Source of the DNA: Thermoplasmata archaeon | Lineage (GTDB): Archaea; Thermoplasmatota; Thermoplasmata; RBG-16-68-12; JAFNFQ01 | Direction: 5' to 3' | Assembly (NCBI GenBank): GCA_041489255.1 | Contig: JBGPQV010000004.1 | Span: forward strand, 32,001 to 96,000 | DNA: 64,000 nt | In this document: in pieces, positions 47,305 through 56,860 of the stretch | Layout of the letters: the number at the start of each line of letters is the position of its first letter | How positions within the stretch are numbered: position 1 is the first letter of the stretch | Translations under genes and position numbers: made by a program | The notes under the pieces: generated by a model | Told to the model about the DNA's origin: nothing | Database searches by the model: none | What the model saw: only the letters and a program-made list of their open reading frames with translations

Positions 47305-47451
47305 ATGCCCGCTCGGAAAGTTTCGGTGACGACGATACAAGTATCCGCCGCGACGAGGGACCGACTGTACAAGCTCAAGTTCCGGAAGACCTATGATGAC
47401 TTCCTGCAGCAGTTGTGCGATCTCTACGAGCAAGCACAGGGCGAAAAGTGA
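47305..47451 (+). CDS. 48-aa ribbon-helix-helix DNA-binding protein (missing from the ORF track)
   Basis: MPARKVSVTTIQVSAATRDRLYKLKFRKTYDDFLQQLCDLYEQAQGEK; TTIQVS..TRDRL..LK..TYDD pattern of archaeal RHH proteins; ggaga RBS. Confidence 0.8.
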   Translation: MPARKVSVTTIQVSAATRDRLYKLKFRKTYDDFLQQLCDLYEQAQGEK

Positions 47452-47569
47452 GATTCGCGGTCTTTGATTATAATATTCCATCATTATAGCAACAAGCTAA
47501 ACTAATGGCGTATAAGCGTAAACAAGGCGTTTAGAACCCTTTTTGACCGCACATGCGTTGGTGGTTGCG

Positions 47570-48946
47570 ATGCAGAGTTGGGTTGAGAAGTATCGCCCGC
47601 AGACGCTCTCGGACGTGGCGGGGAATGCCGCCGCGCTGAGCGAGCTGAGGTTGTGGGCCGAGTCTTGGGACAAAGGCAAGCCTCAGAAGAACGCTGTGAT
47701 CCTGGCGGGCAAGGCGGGGACGGGCAAGACGAGCGCAGCCCTCGCATTGGCTCAGGATATGCACTGGCAGGTCATTGAGATGAACGCGTCTGATGCCAGG
47801 AACGCCGATGCGGTGCGCAGGATTGCCACACGCGGTGCGAGATTCGAGACGTTCCTCTCGGACGGCAGCTACGTCCGCGCGAGCGAGGGCGGGAGGAAGC
47901 TGATAGTCCTCGACGAGGCGGACAACCTCTTCGGCACCGAAGACAGGGGAGGGATAGGGGCAATCGTGGAGACAATAGAGAAGAGCGGTCATCCGATCGT
48001 GCTCATCGTCAACGACCTCTACGAGCTCACTCGGAGATCCTCGTCCCTGAAACGCCTTTGCAAGACCATCAAGTTCCAGCGCATCCACGCAGCGACCGTG
48101 AAATCGGTCCTGAAGAAGGTCTGCAAGGCCGAGGGAGTCACGGTGTCCGAGGACATGCTGGAACATATGGCGACAAAATCGCAGGGAGATCTGAGGTCAG
48201 CGGTCAACGACCTGCAACTGGTCAGCGCAGGCAAGACCGATGTGGGGATCGAAGATGCCTCGGCGATAGGGTCGAGGGACACCGAAGGCAACGTCTATGA
48301 TGCGCTCCTCGAGATCTTCAGGTCGGGCAGTGTGGAGAAGGCGAGGAAGAGCACGACGAATCTCGATGAGTCGCCGGAAACCTTGATCCTTTGGATAGAC
48401 GAGAACATGCCGGTCGAATACAGGAGGCCAGACGACCTCTCGCGGGGCTACTCGGCTCTCTCGAAATCCGATGTGTACTTGGGGCGAGTGAGGCGCCGTC
48501 AGAACTACGGCCTCTGGTCATACGCCAAAGACATGATGACCGGTGGTGTGGCTGCCGCGCGGCAGGGCTCCTATGCCGGAGGTGTGTACAGATTCCCTAC
48601 GTGGCTCATGAAGATGTCTCGTTCGAGCAGCTTGCGGAAGACGATCGACTCTCTGGCGGGGAAGCTCGGATCCTGCATGCACACTTCAAAGAGAGTGATA
48701 GTCAACGATGTCATCGGGCCGTTCCGCCAACTGTTCCGCAATGATAGCGAGCTGAGGTTGAACGCAGCCATCGAACTGAACCTCGATGCGAAGGAGATTG
48801 CGTTCTTGCTTGGAGAAGAAGAAGACTCACACCCGGTGAAGCATCTCATGGAGGCGGTTGGCAAGCTCAAGAGCGCAGAATCGGAGGGTTCGACGGGGTT
48901 CGAGAGGTTCGCAGGGAGCGAGAACCAAAGCGAGCGCGACGAGTGA
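47570..48946 (+). CDS. rfcL: Replication factor C large subunit
   Basis: WVEKYRP, G.GKTS, EMNASDAR, DEADN, GDLRSAVNDLQ, WIDEN. Confidence 0.95.
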   Translation: MQSWVEKYRPQTLSDVAGNAAALSELRLWAESWDKGKPQKNAVILAGKAGTGKTSAALALAQDMHWQVIEMNASDARNADAVRRIATRGARFETFLSDGSYVRASEGGRKLIVLDEADNLFGTEDRGGIGAIVETIEKSGHPIVLIVNDLYELTRRSSSLKRLCKTIKFQRIHAATVKSVLKKVCKAEGVTVSEDMLEHMATKSQGDLRSAVNDLQLVSAGKTDVGIEDASAIGSRDTEGNVYDALLEIFRSGSVEKARKSTTNLDESPETLILWIDENMPVEYRRPDDLSRGYSALSKSDVYLGRVRRRQNYGLWSYAKDMMTGGVAAARQGSYAGGVYRFPTWLMKMSRSSSLRKTIDSLAGKLGSCMHTSKRVIVNDVIGPFRQLFRNDSELRLNAAIELNLDAKEIAFLLGEEEDSHPVKHLMEAVGKLKSAESEGSTGFERFAGSENQSERDE

Positions 48947-49051
48947 AGGAGTGAATCCGCCTATTGCGATGGCGTCCTGAAATGGCCATGGACACACGAC
49001 ATGGGCTCGCAAGGTGGGCAGATTGTCCGATTCACCAAACCGCTATAACCC

Positions 49052-49999
49052 ATGGCGGTATTCGTCGGTCCCGACATGGAAAAGGACAAGCGCGAATTGC
49101 TCGAGAGACAAGGATACAGAATCGTGGGCGAGCATAGCGCGGTCAAGCTGTGCCATTGGCTCAAGAGCGAGATTGCCGGTGGCCCGGGCTGCTACAAGGA
49201 GACATTCTACGGGATACGCAGCCATCGTTGCCTGCAGATGACCCCCACGGCGGATGCATGCAACCTGAATTGCCTCTTCTGTTGGAGGGCGCAGGATTGG
49301 GGCACTGACAGCCTCATCCACGCCGATGATCCCGGACGGATAATCGAAGACTCGATCAAGGCCCAAAGGGTCCTGATCTCGGGGTTCAAAGGCAATCCGC
49401 GCGTCTCGAAAGATATGTTCGCCGAGAGCAGCAATCCGAATCAGGTGGCGATTTCGCTGACGGGTGAGCCAACTTTGTATAGGCGCTTGGGGGAGCTCAT
49501 CGAGGATTTCCATGAGCGCGGAATGACAACCTTCCTGGTCACGAACGGCACGAATCCGAAAACACTTGAGAAGCTCGACCCGTTGCCGAGACAACTCTAT
49601 GTGTCAATCGTCGCGCCGACAGAGGAGATCTACCGGAAGCTGGCGTTCCCGAAGAGCGGCAACGAATGGCGCCATCTCAGGGAGACCCTCGAGCTCCTTC
49701 CCAGTCTGGACACCAGACGGGTCATCCGCCATACGCTTGTGGACAAGTGGAATCTGGGTTTCGCCGAAGACTACGCGAAATTGGACGCGGCTGCCGATCC
49801 GGATTTCATCGAGTGCAAGGCGTACATGTTCGTCGGGCGCTCCCGCGAAAGGCTGCTCATGGAGAACATGCCCTCCCATGCGGCCATCAGGGAATTCTCG
49901 GCGCAGCTCGCAGACGCCACAGGCTATGGTGTGGCCGGTGAGAGGGAGGACAGCAGGGTGGCGCTTCTGACGCGCGACGGCGCCCTGCACCCCCTCTAA
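49052..49999 (+). CDS. taw1: 4-demethylwyosine synthase (radical SAM, TYW1/Taw1)
   Basis: HSAVKLCHW, CYKETFYGI.SHRC.QMTP, CNLNCLFCWR, AISLTGEPTLY. Confidence 0.95.
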   Translation: MAVFVGPDMEKDKRELLERQGYRIVGEHSAVKLCHWLKSEIAGGPGCYKETFYGIRSHRCLQMTPTADACNLNCLFCWRAQDWGTDSLIHADDPGRIIEDSIKAQRVLISGFKGNPRVSKDMFAESSNPNQVAISLTGEPTLYRRLGELIEDFHERGMTTFLVTNGTNPKTLEKLDPLPRQLYVSIVAPTEEIYRKLAFPKSGNEWRHLRETLELLPSLDTRRVIRHTLVDKWNLGFAEDYAKLDAAADPDFIECKAYMFVGRSRERLLMENMPSHAAIREFSAQLADATGYGVAGEREDSRVALLTRDGALHPL

Positions 50000-50084
50000 G
50001 CTGCATCCCGTCATGCGAGGCAACTCTTTTAGTCCCGCCAAGCTTGTGGGGTTGACAGGTACAGCCTTGCCTGATCTAGTAGGC

Positions 50085-50582
50085 ATGTTGGAAAGCTTCC
50101 TCGGAGATCCAGCCGTCTACCTGTTCCTCGTCTTCGGATACTCGATTCTTGTCGCGGTAATCCTCCCAATCCCCATAGAGGTCGCTCTCATTTGGCCGCT
50201 CTTGAAAGGCGAACTTCCGTACTTCGCGGCCGTGGTACTGGTCATGGCAATCGGCAAAACCCTGGGAGCGCTCTTCGTGCTCTTCCTGGGCATCAAGGTC
50301 GAGAAGACGGTCTACTATTGGAGCCGCAAGTCTGAATGGTTCGGCAAGCTGGTACATTACCTCGGTCTATTTGTGAAGAAGACCGGCTACATTGGGCTCT
50401 ACATTATCCTGAGCATCCCCTTGATGACGGACACGTTCCCAATCTACATATACTCCATTTTCCACGAGGAGGGTAAGAAGCCAAGCAGGTTCAAGTTCAG
50501 CATGAGCAACTTCTTCGCCGCGATTACCAGAGCGATCATCATCGCTGTCATCGTCACGCTGTTCGGCGTGCAACTCATCTAG
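50085..50582 (+). CDS. DedA/VTT-like membrane protein (start uncertain)
   Basis: ILPIPIE, GKTLG, SIPLM.D; multiple TMs. Confidence 0.65.
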   Translation: MLESFLGDPAVYLFLVFGYSILVAVILPIPIEVALIWPLLKGELPYFAAVVLVMAIGKTLGALFVLFLGIKVEKTVYYWSRKSEWFGKLVHYLGLFVKKTGYIGLYIILSIPLMTDTFPIYIYSIFHEEGKKPSRFKFSMSNFFAAITRAIIIAVIVTLFGVQLI

Positions 50583-50590
50583 GAGGAGAA

Positions 50591-51607
50591 ATGCCCGCTC
50601 CCGAGGTAGACTGGATTCGGTGGGACGACCTGCCGCCGATACTCAACTCCGCGGCGATCTTGGACAAGGCTTTCAAAAGGGCTGCAAAAGCGCACGGCCG
50701 CGGAAGAACGAGAGCGGAGAGAGCCAAGTCAGGGAGCGTGGCGAGAGTGCATTCGTTGGGTGACACGATCTCCTCGACACTCGAGAGGTATGTCAAGGCG
50801 TTTCCAAGCATCGGGAGGCTGCCCCCGTTCTATCGAGACCTCATGCACATACTCGTGAACGTCGAGACGGTCAGGCACGATCTGGGGACCGTCGACTGGT
50901 GCAGGAAGAAGGTGCTGGCGTTCTCCAAGGCGTACTCGCGCGAGATAGGCCGTTCCAGCGATGCCGGGCTGGTCGAGGTAAGGAGGAAGGAGGCGTATGG
51001 CCGGATAAGCTCTCTCGTCCATCAGGTGGCGGAGAGCTTGGAGCGCCTTGAGGCTGCGAGGAAGAGGCTGTCCAGCGTCCCGTTGATCGACCTCGAGGCA
51101 CCGACGGTCGTCGTCGCCGGGATGGCCAATGTCGGCAAGAGCCAGTTCGTAGCCGCCGTGTCCACGGCCAAACCCAAAGTGGCCCAGTACCCATTCACGA
51201 CCAAGGAGATCAGTTTGGGCCACACGGAGAGGGGCCATCTGCGGATTCAGGTGATAGACACCCCGGGCCTGCTGGACCGCCCAGCCGAGAGAAGGAACCC
51301 CATAGAGCAGCAGGCCGCCAGCGCGCTGAAAAACCTGGCGAAGCTGGTCGTATTCCTGTACGACCCGACAGAGACATGCGGCTTCACCATGCCAGAACAG
51401 ATTCACTTGTTCGAAAGGCTCAGAGAGGAATTCCCCGACGTGCGTTTCGTCGAAGTGGAGAACAAGGTCGACCTGAAGAATTCCGGTTCCGGCAGGATGA
51501 AAGTCTCGGCCCTTACAGGGAAAGGAGTGGACAAGGTTCTGGATCATATGGCGGCTCTACTCACCAACCGCGCTCCTGGAGCCTCTCCTCCTCAGAGAGC
51601 TGACTGA
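50591..51607 (+). CDS. NOG1-family GTPase
   Basis: [30 protein letters not shown]. Confidence 0.93.
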   Translation: MPAPEVDWIRWDDLPPILNSAAILDKAFKRAAKAHGRGRTRAERAKSGSVARVHSLGDTISSTLERYVKAFPSIGRLPPFYRDLMHILVNVETVRHDLGTVDWCRKKVLAFSKAYSREIGRSSDAGLVEVRRKEAYGRISSLVHQVAESLERLEAARKRLSSVPLIDLEAPTVVVAGMANVGKSQFVAAVSTAKPKVAQYPFTTKEISLGHTERGHLRIQVIDTPGLLDRPAERRNPIEQQAASALKNLAKLVVFLYDPTETCGFTMPEQIHLFERLREEFPDVRFVEVENKVDLKNSGSGRMKVSALTGKGVDKVLDHMAALLTNRAPGASPPQRAD

Positions 51608-52580
51608 TGTCCATGCCCTTCATAGGCGCACCTATGCCTTTCGACACCTCGACGACCACCTGAGGGTCATCATAGTGGAGGACCGCCTCGACTATCGCTT
51701 TCGCGCGGATCTCGGGGTTGTCGGACTTGAATATCCCTGAACCGACGAAGATGCCGTCGCAGCCGTGCATCATCATCATTGCCGCGTCCGCAGGAGTCGC
51801 AATCCCACCCGCCGCGAAGTTGACGACCGACAACCTTTTCAGCTTCTTCACATCGAGCAGCACATGATAGAGCGCCTCGACGACTTCATCTAGCGTCTCA
51901 TCGGCGAAGACGACATCGAGCTCGTTGACCTTCGTCGACTCGCCGTTTTCCTCCCTGACGCTCTTGAGCAGGACCGTGTAGCTCTCAGCGTACTTCTTCG
52001 CGATCGGGAGCATCTCATCATTATCCTTCTTCTCGATCTCGATAATCGCCTGATTTATGAGGCGGGCGTGTCTCACCGCCTCGACGACATTCCCTGTGCC
52101 GGCCTCGCCCTTCGTCCTCATCATCGCTGCGCCCTCATGGATCCTCCGGACGGCTTCTCCGAGGTTCCTCGCGCCGCAAACGAAAGGCACGCTGAACATC
52201 CTCTTCGGTATATGGAAGAAAGGATCGGCTGGAGTGAGCACCTCGGACTCGTCGATCATGTCCACGCCCATCGACTCCAGTGCCCTGGCCTCGGCGATGT
52301 GACCTATGCGGACCTTCGCCATCACGGGAATCGTGACCGCATTCATTATCTCTTGAATCCTCTGCGGGTCGGCCATCCTCGCTACGCCTCCCGCCGCCCG
52401 GATGTCCGCGGGCACCCTCTCCAAGGCCATGACGGCGACAGCTCCTGCCTCCTCCGCGATGGCGGCTTGGTCCGCCGTCGTGACGTCCATTATGACTCCG
52501 CCCTTCTGCATCTTGGCGAAGCCACGCTTGAGCAGCTCTGTCCCGTATTTCAGCTTCTTCAGGTCGAGTTCCAAGGGCAT
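51561..52580 (-). CDS. pdxS: Pyridoxal 5'-phosphate synthase lyase subunit
   Basis: [45 protein letters not shown]. Confidence 0.96.
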   Translation of the reverse strand: MPLELDLKKLKYGTELLKRGFAKMQKGGVIMDVTTADQAAIAEEAGAVAVMALERVPADIRAAGGVARMADPQRIQEIMNAVTIPVMAKVRIGHIAEARALESMGVDMIDESEVLTPADPFFHIPKRMFSVPFVCGARNLGEAVRRIHEGAAMMRTKGEAGTGNVVEAVRHARLINQAIIEIEKKDNDEMLPIAKKYAESYTVLLKSVREENGESTKVNELDVVFADETLDEVVEALYHVLLDVKKLKRLSVVNFAAGGIATPADAAMMMMHGCDGIFVGSGIFKSDNPEIRAKAIVEAVLHYDDPQVVVEVSKGIGAPMKGMDISQLSEEERLQERGW

Positions 52581-52749
52581 TACCGGCGCCCCCGTGGATT
52601 GCTAGTTGAGGTTTCTATATCTATGTTTCGGTAACCTTTGCGCTTTCCTGACAGTGCGCAAGGGGATTGGCGCCCCATAGCCGCTCCTCCCTTCCTATTG
52701 CACAAATCTAAACCGCACCTCTGCATGTTTCCGGACGTGGACAATGCGC

Positions 52750-52943
52750 CTAGATCGGCATTCATACCCAACAGAGTCGTTGTCTTCCGCCCGCCGGGAG
52801 AAAAGCAGGAAATAGCGGAGATGGTCGATTTCGTCAAGGAAATGGATAGCATTGATGGCAAGGCGACTGCATACGTCTGCACCCGCCGAACCTGCAAGCT
52901 TCCGACAACAGACCCTGTCGAAATGATGAAGCTGCTGGGTTAG
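52750..52943 (+). pseudogene. Remnant C-terminus of a YyaL/SSP411 thioredoxin-domain protein
   Basis: FIPNRVVV...DGKATAYVCTRRTCKLPTTDP..L; the rest of the gene is absent. Confidence 0.7.
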
Positions 52944-53059
52944 GTCCGCCAGTTTGACCCCGAATCATGGAATCCGAGAGGTCGTCCCCAATGCTGGCCG
53001 CTCGGTTGGAGCGAGAATGCTTATATACACGTCCGAAATCGCACGCAGGTTGATTTTTT

Positions 53060-53773
53060 ATGCAGGGCGAGACAAGTGAAACAACAACCAAAGTGAAAGA
53101 CACGACGGCCAATCCAGCACCGCTCGGTCTCCTGGGTTTCGGCATGACGACCGTTCTGCTGAACATACACAACGCGGGTTACTACGGGATCGGCTCCATG
53201 ATACTCGCGATGGGCATATTCTATGGAGGAATGGCCCAGATATTCGCGGGCATAATGGAGTGGAAGAAAGGCAATACCTTTGGCACCGTCGCCTTTACGA
53301 GCTACGGCCTATTCTGGCTGACGCTCGTCGGGCTGCTGACGATACCATACATATTCCCAGGACCGACGGGACCGGCCTCATCCGCATTCGCGACGGATAA
53401 TACTGCCTTCGGCTGGTACCTGGTGATGTGGGGCGTGTTCACGTTCGTAATGTTCCTGGGCACCCTGAAGCTAAACAGGGCCCTGCAGTTCGTGTTCATT
53501 ACCCTCGCGATACTCTTCTGGCTGCTCGCGGCCGGCAAATTTACCGGCAACGCGGACATCACTAAGGTCGCTGGTTTCGAGGGAATCGTCTGCGGTTTCT
53601 CCGCGATCTACACTGGCCTCGCGCAAGTGCTGAATGACGTATACGGCAGGACGGTGGCTCCCATCTTCCCCATGAAGCCGAAGCAGGCTCCGCAGCCTGT
53701 AGCGACCCCGCCGTCCTATACGCCACCGCAGCAGCAGTACCCACCGCCCCCTGGCATGCCGCCGCGCAGCTAG
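53060..53773 (+). CDS. satP: GPR1/FUN34/YaaH acetate uptake channel
   Basis: [27 protein letters not shown]...F.SYG.FW. Confidence 0.92.
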   Translation: MQGETSETTTKVKDTTANPAPLGLLGFGMTTVLLNIHNAGYYGIGSMILAMGIFYGGMAQIFAGIMEWKKGNTFGTVAFTSYGLFWLTLVGLLTIPYIFPGPTGPASSAFATDNTAFGWYLVMWGVFTFVMFLGTLKLNRALQFVFITLAILFWLLAAGKFTGNADITKVAGFEGIVCGFSAIYTGLAQVLNDVYGRTVAPIFPMKPKQAPQPVATPPSYTPPQQQYPPPPGMPPRS

Positions 53774-53780
53774 GTCATCG

Positions 53781-53847
53781 CCCAAAGTAGGCTGGTAGAC
53801 GGGGCGCGTCTCTAACACGACCCCGTCCTTCCAGCCTCCAGTCTGGG
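53781..53847. other. Long intergenic stem-loop
   Basis: aggctgg/ccagcct and gacgggg/ccccgtc nested pairings. Confidence 0.6.
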
Positions 53848-53891
53848 AGTAAGTCCTTAATAGCGAGGGCCTTTGCTGATGCGGGATACCA

Positions 53892-54437
53892 TTGAAGGTC
53901 GTCTGCGTAACAGGCATGCCCGCCTGCGGCAAAGAGGAATTCCTGAAGATAGCACGGTCGAAGGGCTTCGCAGTCGTCCGGATGGGCGATGTCGTCCGAG
54001 AGGAGGCAGCCAAGGCAGGGATACCTGCCAAGGATCCTGATGTGGGCAACTTCGCCAATGAAGAGAGGAAGAAGCACGGGTTCGATATCTGGGCGAAGCG
54101 GACGTTGCCCAGGATATCAAGCGGACTAAGTCTGGTGGACGGTGTGAGAGGGCCCACGGAGTTAGATGTCTATCGTGCGGCGTTCCCGAACGGATTATGC
54201 GTCGTCGCGGTGCACTCGTCATCTGGGACTAGAATGCGCCGGATGATGAAGAGGAAGAGGAAAGACGACCCCGCTAACGAGAAGGAGTTCCGAGCGAGGG
54301 ACGCGAGGGAGCTAAGCTGGGGCCTGGGCGATGTCATTGCCCTCGCTGACCATGTGATAGTGAATGAGGGGGACCTGACGGCCTACATGACCCAGGCCAC
54401 CGCCACCATCGAGAAGATACTCTCCGAAGGGAAATGA
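53892..54437 (+). CDS. UPF0200 P-loop (dephospho-CoA kinase-like) protein
   Basis: TGMPACGK, MGDVVRE, VDGVRG, RDAREL.WG. Confidence 0.85.
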   Translation: MKVVCVTGMPACGKEEFLKIARSKGFAVVRMGDVVREEAAKAGIPAKDPDVGNFANEERKKHGFDIWAKRTLPRISSGLSLVDGVRGPTELDVYRAAFPNGLCVVAVHSSSGTRMRRMMKRKRKDDPANEKEFRARDARELSWGLGDVIALADHVIVNEGDLTAYMTQATATIEKILSEGK

Positions 54438-54438
54438 G

Positions 54439-54882
54439 ATGTTCGCCTGGCTCGAGCTCAGGACGTACTGCCACGCCACGGAGGATCAGGAGAAGGTCGC
54501 GAAGGCGCTGGGATTCATCTGCCCTCAAGCGAAATTGACGGTCGCGCGGACCGAGGGTTACAATAGGAACCCCATTCTCGTCATGACTGCACGGACCGAC
54601 AGTTCGAGGGCGATCAAGGATTTCTGGCGGCAATTGTGCCGCGAGAGCCTCGTTGACACCATCCTGGAATCTGGCGGGAAGATGGTCGATGACAACGGTG
54701 TCCTGCATCTAAGGCTGGGAAAGCAAGAGGCCTACATGGGGCGGGCAGTCTTGACCGAGCGTGAGGACGTCGTGTCCGTGCGGATCAAGATTGCGAGGCA
54801 TTCACCGCAGAAACAGGACCCGTTCGAAATCGCCAGAGAAACCATAGAGGAGCTCACGAAGGTCGATGTATCTCACACCTGA
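54439..54882 (+). CDS. DUF54 RNA-binding domain protein
   Basis: HATED.EKV, G...NPI, LRLGKQEAY. Confidence 0.8.
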   Translation: MFAWLELRTYCHATEDQEKVAKALGFICPQAKLTVARTEGYNRNPILVMTARTDSSRAIKDFWRQLCRESLVDTILESGGKMVDDNGVLHLRLGKQEAYMGRAVLTEREDVVSVRIKIARHSPQKQDPFEIARETIEELTKVDVSHT

Positions 54883-56029
54883 GCAGGAAAAGCTGCTGCA
54901 AGATGGCAGACCATCCGAGCAGACGGCGATGAAGCTCCTGCTCACGCTTGGCGAGGTCCATGGCGCGGGAAGGCTAATTCCGGTGACTTGGGCCCACATC
55001 TCCGGTGCGTCGTATCTCACGATAGGCGACACCGGTCTGGAATTCTTGGAGGATTTCTGTCACGATGTTTCGGTGAGAGTGAAGACCACGGTGAACCCGA
55101 TATCCATTGACCTCGAGAGATGGCGCGAGATGGGTGTGCCGAAGGAATATGCGGAGAAACAGATGAAGATAGTCGAGGCGTACAGGGGAATTGGCGTGGA
55201 GGAGACGTACTCCTGCACCCCTTATCTCATAGGTCAACCACCATCCAAAGGAGAGCACCTGGCCTGGGCCGAATCCTCGGCGGCCATCTACGCCAACGCG
55301 GTCCTGGGCGCGCGCACGAACCGCGAGGGCGGCCCTTCCGCGCTTTCATCCGCCGTTACCGGGTTCACTCCAGAGTTTGGACTCCATCTCGATGGGAATC
55401 GCAAAGCAGGCGTGAAAGTCAATGTTGAGGCGAAACTCGGCGGCATGCGCTATTCCTTGTTGGGGCTCGCGCTGGGACCGATGCTCGATGGCGAGATACC
55501 ATACTTCCAGAAGCTACCAGGGTCGGACGAGGATCTCAAATGGTTCGGGGCAGCCCTGGCGTCAACGAGTGACGCGACGCTGTTCCACGTCGAGAAGAGG
55601 ACACCTGAGTGGCGAAATTCCCTCCACGGACGGCTGAGGACAATCAGAGTCACCGAGAAGGACCTGAAGGATGCACAGAGGTCATTTTCCACAGGAGAGG
55701 AGGCGGACGCGATCGGCATCGGCTCTCCTCAATTGTCAGCGAAAGAACTCGAAGCAATCGCCGTCCTCATGAAACGATACCGCCCGAAATTACCGGTTTG
55801 GGTCTTCTCGAGCAGGGATGCGAAGTCACGAGCCGGGGACGCGGTCAAGACAATCGAGAGATACGGCGGGAGAGTCTGGGCAGACACATGCCTGGAAGTC
55901 TCTCCGCTCTACTACATGTTCAAGACGATGGCGACGCCATCAGGGAAAGGCGCATACTACCTCCCGGCGCTGTGCAAGCAGAAGGTGATCCTCGAGGATC
56001 TGGCGAAGTTGCTGAGGAGGTACTCATGA
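54866..56029 (+). CDS. Aconitase X large subunit (phosphomevalonate dehydratase-like, DUF521)
   Basis: HISGASY..IGD.G, SCTPY, AWAESSA, GARTNREGG, DTC. Confidence 0.9.
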   Translation: MYLTPEQEKLLQDGRPSEQTAMKLLLTLGEVHGAGRLIPVTWAHISGASYLTIGDTGLEFLEDFCHDVSVRVKTTVNPISIDLERWREMGVPKEYAEKQMKIVEAYRGIGVEETYSCTPYLIGQPPSKGEHLAWAESSAAIYANAVLGARTNREGGPSALSSAVTGFTPEFGLHLDGNRKAGVKVNVEAKLGGMRYSLLGLALGPMLDGEIPYFQKLPGSDEDLKWFGAALASTSDATLFHVEKRTPEWRNSLHGRLRTIRVTEKDLKDAQRSFSTGEEADAIGIGSPQLSAKELEAIAVLMKRYRPKLPVWVFSSRDAKSRAGDAVKTIERYGGRVWADTCLEVSPLYYMFKTMATPSGKGAYYLPALCKQKVILEDLAKLLRRYS

Positions 56030-56853
56030 GGATCCAAGCGAAGAGGCTCTTTGGCGGGAGGGGACAAGGCCCTGCTATGGTCTCTTCAAATCCCATTTCA
56101 TTCCTTGGCGGTGTCGCCCCGACAACCGGTGAGATCATAGACACGCACAGCCCCCTCTCCGGACGGAATGTGAGCGGGCGAATTCTTGCGTTCCCTGGCG
56201 GGAAAGGAAGTACGGTGGGCTCCTATGTTCTCTACGGATTGGCGCGGCGAGGAAGGGCCCCGGCGGCAATCATTGTCGAGAAGCCCGACACAATAGTCAC
56301 AGTCGGCGCCGTCATCGGCAAGATTCCGGCCGTATACGGGATACCGCCGGACGTGCTCCACGACGGCGAGTGGGTTGAGGTGGACGCGGATAAGGCCACC
56401 GTGCGCGTCAGGGACGTGACATCGTACGATGTCGTGACATGCTTTCTCCGGAATCGAGGCAGGATACTCCTTCTGAGGAGGAGCGCGAAGGTTGGCACTT
56501 TCCGGGGGACTTGGGCGGGGGTCTCGGGATATGTCGAGGGAGACGAGGTCTTTCTGGAGAGGGCATTGAAGGAGATTAGCGAGGAGGTCGGAATAGCCGA
56601 CCCCGTGTTGGCCGCAACGGGCGAGCCCGTCTATGCCCGAAACGGAGATCGCCTATTCATCGTTCATCCTTACATCTTCGAAGTCGACACTCGCAATGTG
56701 CGTCTCGATTGGGAACACGCGGAGTACAGGTGGGTGAAGCCCGCGGAGATATCCGCTTTCAAGGGCGTCCCGAAGCTCGCGGAAGCCTACCAATCCGCCG
56801 CCAATGGCGTGCCCGCCAGAATGGCGAATAGGAGGCGAGGTCCGCCGCCATAG
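56026..56853 (+). CDS. Aconitase X small subunit (DUF126) fused to a Nudix hydrolase
   Basis: ISFLGGV, GKGSTVGSY, then Nudix box GYVEGDEVFLERALKEISEEVG and LDWEH. Confidence 0.88.
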   Translation: MRIQAKRLFGGRGQGPAMVSSNPISFLGGVAPTTGEIIDTHSPLSGRNVSGRILAFPGGKGSTVGSYVLYGLARRGRAPAAIIVEKPDTIVTVGAVIGKIPAVYGIPPDVLHDGEWVEVDADKATVRVRDVTSYDVVTCFLRNRGRILLLRRSAKVGTFRGTWAGVSGYVEGDEVFLERALKEISEEVGIADPVLAATGEPVYARNGDRLFIVHPYIFEVDTRNVRLDWEHAEYRWVKPAEISAFKGVPKLAEAYQSAANGVPARMANRRRGPPP

Positions 56854-56860
56854 TGCGATG

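Noticed and set aside
47150-47545. Replication origin beside rfcL
   Set aside because: AT-rich, but no ORB-like GTTCCA..GAAAC/G-string repeats and no orc1/cdc6 in the window.
51850-52030. Insertion in PdxS as a novelty or intein
   Set aside because: Short helical insertion without intein motifs; similar-length PdxS occurs in other archaea.
53789-53837. Archaeal SECIS element
   Set aside because: The GAA/A-like loop is on the strand opposite the flanking genes, and no in-frame UGA selenoprotein candidate is present.
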